DNA of 64,000 bases. It comes from Antedon mediterranea (Eukaryota; Animalia; Echinodermata). The notes under the pieces were generated by a model, which worked only from the letters and a program-made list of their open reading frames with translations, was not told where the DNA came from and did no database searches. This document shows, piece by piece, positions 50,001 through 60,322 of the stretch. The DNA lies in NCBI RefSeq assembly GCF_964355755.1, contig NC_092673.1, forward strand, positions 21,883,648 through 21,947,647, read 5' to 3'. Made by a program: the position numbers and the translations under genes. The stretch's first letter is position 1. Each line of letters starts with the position of its first letter.

Positions 50001-53000
50001 TTCTTCATTTTCTGATTTCATTGGTTATCCTCACGGCGAAAGACCATTGTAATTGTTTCCTTAAAACTGCCAAGTTTGTTATTTAATTTAAACTATATTT
50101 TATTATAAATGTCTCTAAAGATAACTGTGTGTGAATATGTTTTAATGGGTTAAGTGGGTAAGTTAAAGCCCCATTCCCTACGTTTTTTAGATCTAATTTA
50201 AGATCACAAACTATATTTAATGTAAAAATAATACTATATGGTCCTATTGCGATAACTTTTTTCGTCTTTAAACGGTTAAAAATGTGAAAAATAAATCGAT
50301 TCTAATAATTATAGCGGCCCGCTATAAATCCCAAAATGCATTGCGCGCAGATTGATATTTTTGTTTTTCACCTGTAATTCGCCCACTTTTCGATCGATCG
50401 TGAAGCCAAAACAAATGGAAGACTCCTAACTTTTCAGCGAAAATACCGGGTTTTCCCCAATTTGTATCAACGGAGTCTGGCAAAAATAGAAAGACAATTA
50501 ATGCAGCAACTATACAACGTCAGGCTAGGTATATAGCTAGCGTACGATGTTCGTACGTTATCGATGTTTACCAGCTAGGCCTACAAAACTAAGCCTAGCT
50601 AGGCTAGGCCTAAGACCGTCCACGAGAGGTCGATTGCTGCGAGCTACTTAGGTAGTGCATTGTTTCTCACTTTTTATCATAATTTACCATAAAACGTACA
50701 TTTAAGACAAGGAATGACATGGTTTAATGTTTTTAAAGTGATATATATGTATTATTTTCCAAAAAACGTCCAAAATTGCAGGGAAGGGGTCTTTAAATGT
50801 GTAAAGACTGGTTTTGTGACAATATGTATCTTTAATACATCAAGATATAATATTTTAGATTTTTCTTTGTTAGCCTCTAAACAAATAAAACTGCCACAGT
50901 CTAAGGGCAACCGCATTAAGACTCCATTACTGCATAAGGTAGGTTTAACGTTGACTTAATGTGAACATTAATGCTGTAAGATCAAGTACTGGAAGCTTAA
51001 AAGCCTTTTTGTTGTGGAATATCATAGTACTAAGATTGAAGTGGCCTACACTGAACACTATACAATGCTAATAAAGCTCATTTGGCTTTTTATGCTAACA
51101 TTTTATTTTCCATAATTAATTATCAATTGTGTTTCATGTGGTTTTTATAGAAACTTAAGCTAAGTCTACACTATCAAACTTTATGTGACAAAAAATGTCA
51201 TATGCGGCCCATATACAGTATGGACACTACCATATTCGCGTACAGTTAGTGTAAAACCATTTTAGATGTGTGGTTAGTCTCATTTACTTTATCCCCAGGA
51301 TGCACCATGTAGCTTTTAGTCTAACAGTCATTCTGTGCATGTTTAAATGTTTCTGAGCATGTGCAGAATGACTTTTTGACTTGACAACTGTGCATCATAA
51401 AAACAAGATACAGGTACAATTTTTTTTCTGCTATAATTATTATTTTGCATAAATAAATAAATAAATCAGAATCCTTTAATGTTTCCCCTAGATGAAGTAT
51501 CATCAGTAATTTTAGAATTGTGTTATCTCTACTTTATTCTATGATTTTGTTTCCTCTTTAAAGTAAGCAATTTAAAAATTCTTCATTTTCTGATTTCATT
51601 GGTTATCCTCACGGCGAAAGACCATTGACCATTGTAATTGTTTGCTTAAAACTGCCAAGTATATTATTATAATTTACTTTACCCTCATGATGCTATGTAG
51701 CTATTTAGTCTAACAGTCATTCTGTGCATGTTTAAATGTTTCTGAGCATGTGCAGAATGACTTTTTGACTTGACAACTGTGCATCAGAAAAACAGGTTGC
51801 TATTAACTGAATAATGATAATCCTAATTGATATCTTTTGTATTTCTAGCAAAGGCATCTGACCTCATCTCCCTGTGAATTAACAGAATCAAGGCCATCTA
51901 CAGGTTTGTAGAATAAATTCATTATTAAAAAACAGGTATAGTTATCTATTTATCTAATTATTGTTCTTTAAAATATCTGATTTTCATTATTTGCATTGTA
52001 GGTATTAGTTCATCAGAAAGTAAATCCAGTTCAGATGAATATAGATCAATCCATAATGGAAATAACAATGTTGAGAATACTGCTATTAATAACATGACAT
52101 CTGGTGAATCTAAGAATTTACAACATGGTGTCCTCTCTTCCACGCATCCAAATAAAAGCGCTACTGTTTATCAGAATGATGATAGTGATAGTAATGATAG
52201 TGAAAACTCAGAGGAAGATGACCACATTTTGAATCGATTGAAAGTTGTAATTCATTCCAAAGGGGATACTAAAGACTCCAGGAATCATTTTCCACCTCTT
52301 GAAAATCATACACTGACGCAAAACAGTGGTGAACCAAGAGCTAAAACTGAGGTTAGTAAGACCCAGAAACATACTGAACTGAATCAAAATCAAACACCGG
52401 TACAAAACAGTGGTGAACGAAGAACTAAAACTGAGAAAGAAAAGACTCGGAAACATGCTGAACTGATAGAAAGAAAGTATAATGAAAATAAACAAATTAG
52501 GAAACATTTAAGTGATCAAGGAACTAAACCACATAATAAACATAGGAAGGATTATTATACATCAGGGAGAAGCACTACTACAGGTTTAAGATCATTAACT
52601 AAAGGCACAATATCTGATAACTTTGATAATTCTGATAGCTTGCAGAAAGGATCAGCTTTAGGTATGGATGAAACAGAGCAAATGTGTGGAAGAGATAGAA
52701 ATCCAAGGAATCATATCGATGATGTTCAGAAGATTCCAGTAGCATGTGTAAAAGATGGATCAGCAGATAGCTCTCATTATAGAGAAAGACAAAATGCTTC
52801 TATAAATAGAAAATATACAGAAGTTAGACAAAGACAGTTCACAGACACTGACCTGCAGTCAAGGAAACAAGACAGGAAAAACAGAGCTTTTAAAGGCAGT
52901 GTGCAAGTGAAAAAAACATCAAGACTTCAGTCTTTGAACTCTGCGCAGGAAAGCGGTCTTCAAGCAGGGTTTAACCGACGAGGGTCGAATAATACAGCTA

Positions 53001-56000
53001 AATTCATTCCTGCGATGACGTCCAGTTATCGTTCAGAATCAAACTCATCGGATAAAATAAGTGAAGATGTTGACAATACTGGATTTGTACTCTCATCAAA
53101 TGGTAGAGTTGTTTATTCAGAGGGAGAATCTCCAAATCTAAGGTCAAAGGACAAACATTTTAGCATTGAAGAGAGAAATAAACAGCAGATGGTTGTAGAC
53201 GAGGGCAAATATATGAGCAATGCATTGTTCAAAGGCAAGGAACCAATAACGAAAAGAACACCAAACTTATTCCCCTGGGAAAGAGAAGGTGCATTCTTTT
53301 CTGAATCATACGAAAGGTAATTTTTTATTTTTATATTGGTTTTAGAAACAAGACAATAGTCCCACCCTTTATTAATAAAAACAAAAAGCCATTAACGACC
53401 TTAATGACCTATTGAAAAGGACAAGTGAATTGAGCAATTACTCAACTCCTTGATGACGTCTACAGTAGTTAAATACAATAAGGTTTATCGCAAATAGCTT
53501 GATTTCGTGAGGAACATCATTACACAATGCATGATGGGAAGGTTTTGGGAGCAATAGCACTGTATAATAAAAAGATCTTTGACTTTATATACTGGTGGTG
53601 GCGCTGTTGCTTCCAATTCCTTCCCATCATGCATCGCTCGAGCTGTTTGCGATAAACCTTATTATATTCAACTCGTAAACATTCATTATTATACAAATGC
53701 TCCAAAAGAATTTCAATACAAAATACAAATTTTATTGGACAAATGTTTAATTTGAATCCAGGTATTCAGAAGCAGACAACATCTCAAAGAATATTGCAAA
53801 TCTGCAGAAGACGTACTCAAAACCGGTGAACTGGAACTCAATGATTGACCCCTTGCATGACAAACACAGTTGCTCAGATCGTTCAGCATTCTACCAAAGA
53901 GCTCAGACTTTTATGAGCAGCCACAGGTGACAAATCATATGAGACTTTTTCGTTATTAAGAATTATTTCCAAATTCGTTTTTCTCCAATCAAGCCGGCAA
54001 AACTGTGAACGGCCCATGTGTACCAATTTTATTTGGTCAAATTATTAGAATTTGTTGATTAAAGAAACTTAACTGGTCGCAACTCAACGCTGCCAAAAAA
54101 AATAGTTTCCCAAAACCACAATTTTCTTGCTTCTCAAAATATTTTATGCTATTTAAAATTGTAATTCTAATCCTAATTTAAAGGATGTCCAGTTTTAGGA
54201 GATTTGACTGCATAACACAATTCAATATAATATTGTTATTGAAAGGGCAATGTTACAAAGATAAATTTACGCTAAACAAGGTTAAAAGATTGTTTATTTT
54301 TAATTGTTATTTTGAACATAATTTAATGCTTTATTTTTCTCAAAAAGACCATTACTAAAGAAGACTTTAGAGAAATTGCCACCTCATGGACCACTATTCA
54401 CTCAAACAAGCAACGCTGGCAATGTGGAGTTGCCGCAGCAGCCAAACATGTCCAATAATCGTTACCAATTTATACCAATGCAGTTCAGAACACAGCCTCT
54501 TCACATGCCAGGCCCCCCTCTGCATCCAGGAAACCCTAATGCTAACCTTTACGATAAAGGTAAGTTATTTATTATGTATAGGAAAGATTTTAATGTACAA
54601 ACCGTTGTTATATTCTCAGTAGTGTATGTTTTTCTGTTATAACTTCAACACACATTTAACAGCAAGTACATAGATTAGGATTAGTCCCTGTATGGACACA
54701 CAATAGTCACAGTGCAAGGCATTTCATAGACTACAGGAGCTGAGATGTACCAGTACTTCGATGAAAGATGCACTTTAATGTGTACACATTAAGCTAGATG
54801 TGTTCACTAGACGTCCTCTTTTAGGTTTTTAATCGAGAAGACTTATTCTACCACCGGAATGATGATCAAGGAACCTGAGCCATTTTTATGGATATGGTTT
54901 GCGGCACCCTTGCCTTAATGACTCGACTGTACAGAGTACATGCGTGCACAGTGAACGAGCAACATTAGGAAGGTTTCGCAACGCTACGAATATGTCACGT
55001 TTGTGAAACTTTTGAACTGATCCCAATTTCATATTTGTAAAGCGTATTCGTGTTGAGTTTTAGCAGTCCTTACTTGCTTTGATGTTATGCTAGGGCTAGG
55101 CAGCCAAGCAACACGTACCTGCCCTTCGTCAAAATTTACTGCAGTCATATTTTGGACGGCGCCCTCAATATTTCGTTGCCATGCGAAACAGATTTTTACT
55201 GGCTTACGAAAAACGAATACGTGTGTGTGACGTGTCCGTTTTCGTTATTGTACTCGTAGCGTTGCGAAACCTTTCTATTGATCAGATTTGCCAACAATAC
55301 AATACTTTATTTTGATTTGCTATGGAATTTGTATGCTTAATCTTTTCTTCCCCTTTTCTTGTGCTTGTTTATATATGGATCCGTTTATATTTTATCTTCT
55401 CTTACATGCATTATCACTGAATATAGCATTTTATCTGGAGGAACTTGACCAACGTCCAATCTTCTTACCCCGGTCTTACACCTGCCCTTCCCTTGACCGT
55501 AAGCTATGTGTCTTTTGCTTCGAATACTGCATATATATTTATTAGTATCTATATAATTGTATTCACTTTTATATCTTCATTTTCTAATCCATTTTATATT
55601 ATTTTGTAGTTAATAGTTTAATATTTTAGTAAACATGTAATAATTATAATTTATTATTTTCACAAAACGTACATTGTATCTTGATAAATGTTATTTAAAA
55701 AAATATTATTTTGGCCTTTTTTATTTAAATGTATTGTTGTTTATTGTTTATTCTGTACTCTTCATAGTTGTAGTTGATTAGTACTGTCCAACATTTGAAT
55801 TGATTATATTAACTAAAAGACAGTAAAACAAGTTTAAACACCAAATTATATTATTAAAATACAAATAAATTTATGTAAAACAAATCAGATGTTGTGACTT
55901 CATCATATGGCCAGTTGAACTAAAAACTTGGATTTTAATCTTTTGCGTCATAGATTATCACATTTGAAAGAACGCGCACCTTGATTCTACATTTGCTTTT

Positions 56001-58074
56001 TTGTGTGCGTTCAACAAATTATTGCTCTATGCAGCAACTGAGTATTTGATTTGAGTATATGGTGACTCAATTCTGTAATATTGCAGATATCTATTTCTTG
56101 TCTAAGCCTTTAACCCAAACTCAATACATTCTCTATATTTTCTTAGCATTAGTGACTCGTTCTCTTCCACCTATTAACACTGCTCCTGAATGTAAGTCTG
56201 TGTGAGCTTGGCAACATCAATTTCCCCACTTCCTTTAAAATATAAAATTTAAAAACAATCCCTCAGAAAAATGCTTTTGCCATTATTTTTTTGTCATCAC
56301 TTTAGATCCTCTTTGAAGCTTTTAAAAATCAAGAATTTCATTGTCATCACTAGTAGCATAACAACCAAAACCATACTTCAGACCTCCTGGTGTGATGGGA
56401 GTCTCCCGATATTTTGAGTCATCTCCTGCTATCCCGCTAACATGCAATTTCTCCTGATATTTTGAATATAATAAGTTGCCAATGCATTTTCCGCCTTCAG
56501 CACACATTATAGATGCCAATATTTTAAGATTTTCACAGTGCCCTCTATAGTTTCATTAAATCTCTCGATATTTGTTTCCAAGTTGGGATCAGGTCTGATA
56601 CTTTAATTCTATTTGGGAAGACATGGTGTACCACAAACCTTCACTACCTATGACCTTAGACCTATGACCTTACATGTGTTTTTACAGTTCAAACAAATTA
56701 TTTAAAAACATGGAGATGTAATTCTGAGCAATGATTTTGCAAATTCACTACAAATATTGAGCTTTCAGAATATTAACAGACAATTGGCTCCAAATTGATC
56801 TTAATATTGCAATAGTTCTTTGTTGTGTCACCCATATCTATTATTATGTGTTTATTAGTTTTTTTATATTGCACCAGAATTTTACTGGGAAGGTTTTAAA
56901 CTACATTTGAAACTCAACCTGAGCCAACTTATATTATATGCTTTTAGAATTTAGACACTTGTATACACATATTATAATGCATACATACACAGTCTATATA
57001 TTTCAACATTATTTATTCTCATCCTCATACCATATTGTTCCACCATAAGACATGGCCTTTAAGGCTTATGTTTTCAGTAGTAGCATATAGTGCAGTCAAG
57101 TCAACTCTCCCAAATGCCTTGAGTTGGCCCAAAATGATGTAAGAGTTGTTGGTTTTTAGGGAGTTGACTGTATTGGTATTTTGCATGACTGTTGTACCTT
57201 AGTATACTGCATATTGTTTTACATATTGGAATAATAAAATAATAATTTAGCATTTTAACAAATGTTTTTAAAAATAATGTTACTAGTTTTATTAGAAATA
57301 AAATAGTCATGTTGTGACTGATGACTATTGAGCTTCAAGCTAATCTTTTAAAAGAAAAGAACCAATTGTTAATCTATGATGTAACTTGTAAAAGTTACCC
57401 TATGTGCATCATTTTAATTATTATACCTGCAATCTACCTGTACAAAACTTGCTCCATGCTTGATTTTCCTGATTAATATATGATTTATACTCTATATATT
57501 CAATGCTAATTTACATTTTTGTATACAGGTGCCTATGTGAGGAAGTTGGAAGCAATGTCGTATCTATCAACACAAAAGAAACAATCAGCATCAGCATTGA
57601 CATCGTGTCGCCAACCAGCCATGAGGTATTCACATCGTGAGAGCCCGTAAGTACAGTAGATTTACCTTTGCATTGGAGAAATAATAAAATCTCTATTCTA
57701 TGCAGTGCCGAAACGCAGAGGCCCGAGGCCCCTGGTTTAGGAACTATAAGTGACCCTCCAACGTTGGAGACTTTGAAATATTTCAATGCCTTTTTTTTCC
57801 TCTAGGCACTGCTCAGGTGCCCCATAGGCTCCTGGACCCCCTGGATTTAGCCAGTGAGCGCTCATAGCCGATACGCCACTGATTCAATGCTGAGACTTTA
57901 AAGGTGTATAATATCGTATATTGTCAGCTTTGGTTAATGGTATATTCTTTTTAAATACCAATTTTATATAAATTATATTTTCTGTTTTTGTTTTTTTCCA
58001 TTAACAGTAGCATACAAGTGGAATCACCAAAATCTCGGAGTGCCTCAGGTCTGCTTACTGATGCAGCACATTAA
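38040..58074 (+). CDS. Uncharacterised armadillo-repeat + 3 x fibronectin type III protein with long low-complexity C-terminus (~1343 aa, ~22 exons)
   Basis: Exons 38040-38236, 41226-41406, 43018-43249, 43658-43752, 43976-44172, 44972-45050, 45489-45678, 46218-46367, 47091-47287, 47756-47822, 48518-48714, 49137-49206, 49778-49843, 50874-50938, 51849-51903, 52002-53316, 53762-53926, 54348-54559, 55427-55498, 56147-56191, 57529-57646, 58008-58074; phases compatible, 4032 nt. ARM-like helices (NSAYILGTLAE, NAAGTLGTLAE, NAALVLARLS, NAAFAVGRIC, NACFAISCLA); FN3 signatures (VTW...NLKPNTLY, IGWSPP...LAPSTKY, LTWSPP...LVPNTDY). The last small exons are less certain. Confidence 0.85.
38828..38935. repeat. 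28-bp tandem repeat
   Basis: CATTAAATGTAGCGGCAGCAGTATT.T. three times plus a degenerate leading unit. Confidence 0.8.
39755..39930 (+). mobile_element. Helentron-associated (HINE/DINE-like) non-autonomous fragment next to a Kolobok-like fragment (39596-39760)
   Basis: TTTTTACCTCCGCCAAGGAGGTATATGT hairpin start in a T run, followed by GTTTGTTAGCAGGA.TACTCAAAAAG. Upstream 39596-39760 matches the 50167 element. Confidence 0.5.
40855..41144. mobile_element. MITE family B copy with internal replacement
   Basis: TTAA TSDs and TIRs; the middle carries TGCCTAGCTTACCTGGATAAACCAACAT, also present at ~40398. Confidence 0.75.
42360..42521. mobile_element. MITE family A copy
   Basis: Both TIRs and internal repeats, reverse orientation. 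Confidence 0.8.
44213..44480 (+). mobile_element. tRNA-derived SINE
   Basis: GTAGCTTGGTG A-box-like, GTGTTCAAATCC B box, AAATAAAATAAA tail. Confidence 0.55.
45726..46069. mobile_element. MITE family B copy (reverse)
   Basis: AGATGTATTGTCCCC...GACAATACATCT|TTAA. Confidence 0.8.
46416..46572. mobile_element. MITE family A copy
   Basis: TIRs and internal repeats. Confidence 0.8.
47977..48123. mobile_element. MITE family A copy
   Basis: TIRs and internal repeats. Confidence 0.8.
48209..48437. mobile_element. Internally deleted, inverted copy of the 2048-2990 element
   Basis: CAGATATTGCCTGCTTAGAGG...GACATCCCC matches 2940-2985 (rc); CAATATCATC...GATCCTCGCAGC.GTAGTCATGTGATG...CAACCAATCACG matches 2050-2165 (rc). 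Confidence 0.7.
49222..49557. mobile_element. MITE with ~60-bp imperfect TIRs, TA flanks
   Basis: ATGCACTTGTCAATTATATGACCCGCTATACGACCCC / GGGGTTGTATAGTGGGTCATACAATTGACAAGTGCAT. Confidence 0.75.
50167..50792. mobile_element. Kolobok-like element, TTAA TSD
   Basis: TTAA|AGCCCCATTCCCT...AGGGAAGGGGTCT|TTAA; relatives at 39596-39760 and (reverse, degenerate) 59780-60245. Confidence 0.7.
51304..51794 (+). repeat. Mosaic local duplication
   Basis: 51405-51660 copies 49835-50078; 51304-51404 copies ~51695-51794. Confidence 0.85.
54967..55276. mobile_element. TIR element with 3-bp ATT TSD (PIF/Harbinger/ISL2EU-like)
   Basis: ATT|AGGAAGGTTTCGCAACGCTACGA...TCGTAGCGTTGCGAAACCTTTCT|ATT. Confidence 0.8.
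57703..57881. mobile_element. hAT-like MITE
   Basis: ATTCTATG|CAGTGCCGAA...ATACGCCACTG|ATTCAATG (7/8 TSD); partial relative at 60905-61076. Confidence 0.8.
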
Positions 58075-59245
58075 CAGTTGACGTGGACATTATTATTTCA
58101 AACTGCTATATAACACAACTGCCCTAAAATTTATTTATTGTACTTCACTGTAAACATTGTACAAGTGAAAGTGTCCCTTCACTGTAATTGTAAAAGACAC
58201 GCTGAACAAGGCATAATTTCACGGTCCACACACAAAATGTATTGAGCAATTGGCTTGATTTGTACATGTATGCATGCATGTTAACAATGTCCAACAACAC
58301 AATATTGTTTATAAATACCTCATTGTTATTATTTTAAGTTCTTTGAAAATCCTGCTTGATCTGAAGGCAAAAGAGAACCTTCAGTACATCTTTTATGTTT
58401 AAAACAGCCCTAGTCGTAAATAAAGCCGACTCCACTGATATCCCTTTTCCTACTCTCTGCCCCTTCTTATTCCCATCCTCATCACCAATAAAGATACATC
58501 CATGTCTCCTTTGCGTTATCTAATGAAAGACTGAGGCAATATACATGGTATACACCACCTCCCATTCCAGTTTTTTTGTGTCAACTGATAAATATGAATT
58601 GGTAATGAGTAAATATTTGTTTGAGATAAGTATTCCAATACACACACTATGGAGTGTGCCCAGGTGTGATGTGTTCTAGTGGAACTGCAATGGTATTGAT
58701 TTGAATAAGCTCCAGTGTAATTGCACAAGTTTTGATATGTGATGGTTTGATGGTAAAAAATTGAAAATATAATTTTGTTTGTAATATTTTACTGTAGGTG
58801 TATAAACAAAATCATGCAAGCAACTCGGAGGAGTTTCAAATATAGAATCGTGTACAGTGCCATTCTGTTCTTGTTTAAATAACCAATCTGTACTCAAAAT
58901 GTGATGTCATATCACAATCATATTTGGGCACTTGCCTAACTAGTTTGATAACTAGTGTAAACAAGGCTTTGCAGTACAGATAGTAGTGTTATTGTAAATT
59001 TAATTGTATGAAGAATTCGTTGATGTGTATGTGTTTGATTGTTAGTACAAATCCCACACCAATGATACCTTGATGTTTAGAGGCTGTATGTTTTTATGTG
59101 TAAATAGTCTAAATACTGTATATTTTGGATAAAATTGTGTACATGACCTTGAGTACATTTACTATATAAAATTGACTATTAACCGCAGGCTGAACTATTA
59201 CGAGGTAAGAATAACCAGTGTTTATGTACAGTATGTATGTTTTAA

Positions 59246-59368
59246 AGCCCTGTCTACACTATCAAACTAGTTTGACAAAGTGTGTTGTGCCCAAATATGG
59301 TAGTGATATGACATGTCCACAGGCACATCACATTTGACATAAAGTTTGATGATAGTGTACACAGAGCT
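59246..59368. mobile_element. MITE family A copy (short)
   Basis: AGCCCTGTCTACACTATCAAAC...GATAGTGTACACAGAGCT. Further partial copies at 43503-43567, 51158-51240 and 58900-58969. Confidence 0.8.
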
Positions 59369-60322
59369 TTAGAGTACGCTCAATTTATAGACAGTTAAAT
59401 GAAAATTAAAAAAAGTATATTTTATAGAGTAATAAAACCAAAGATATATTACACCAGACAAATAAAATCTTGATATCTCTTTTTTATAGAAAATGTTGGT
59501 GATGTAATACTTAATTTATATCAGTATATTATATTATAAAATTACATTAAAAAAAATATTTTGTCGCACAAGTCAGTTATTCACAGTTTCTTTTATAAAT
59601 ATGTTCCATTATTGGTACAAATTATGTTGATATGCTAATTAGCATGGTGCTTAACACCTTTACCAAACCAGGTATTCCTACATAAAATAAATGTATTTAA
59701 AATAAGTTGTGGTTGTTCTTTTACTGGTTTCTCATTGTTTTTTTCATTTCAAAATTACAGAATGTATCACAGAATAATTAAAAGACACTAGACCTGCAAT
59801 ATTTGACTGCATACTGTATACATATATAATTGTAAAAAAATTAAACCAGGTCATTTCTTGTCTTAAATGTGCGTTAAAAAAAACAACAAGCAGCTTACGT
59901 AGACATTTCTAGGCCTAGCTTAGTTGGGCTTAGTTTTGTATTCCTGAGTGGTAAAGAGCACAGAATTTGTTAATACAAATGGGGAAGACCTGGTATTTTC
60001 TCTGAAAAGTTACGGTTCTTTTATTTGTTTACCCTTTCACGCGATCGGTTGAAGTGGTTGCATTAAATCACAATATGAAAATATCAATCCTCACGCGATA
60101 CATGTTATATATAAATAATCAACTTAATTTTCACATTGTTCACATAACCGTTTAAAGACAAAAAAATATCACAATAGGTCCATATAGTGTTTATTTTTAC
60201 ATAAAATGTAGTGTATGACCTTAAATTAGGTAAAAAAAAAAAGATGCACTTCCCCCTCAAAATGACAATTAAAAGATGAAATGCAACCTTGTGTAAAGTT
60301 CGTTCTCAAGAACCCTCTCAGT

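Noticed and set aside
52094-53320. 408-aa ORF as a separate gene
   Set aside because: Bounded by an acceptor at 52001 and a donor at 53317 with phases matching neighbouring exons of the ARM-FN3 gene.
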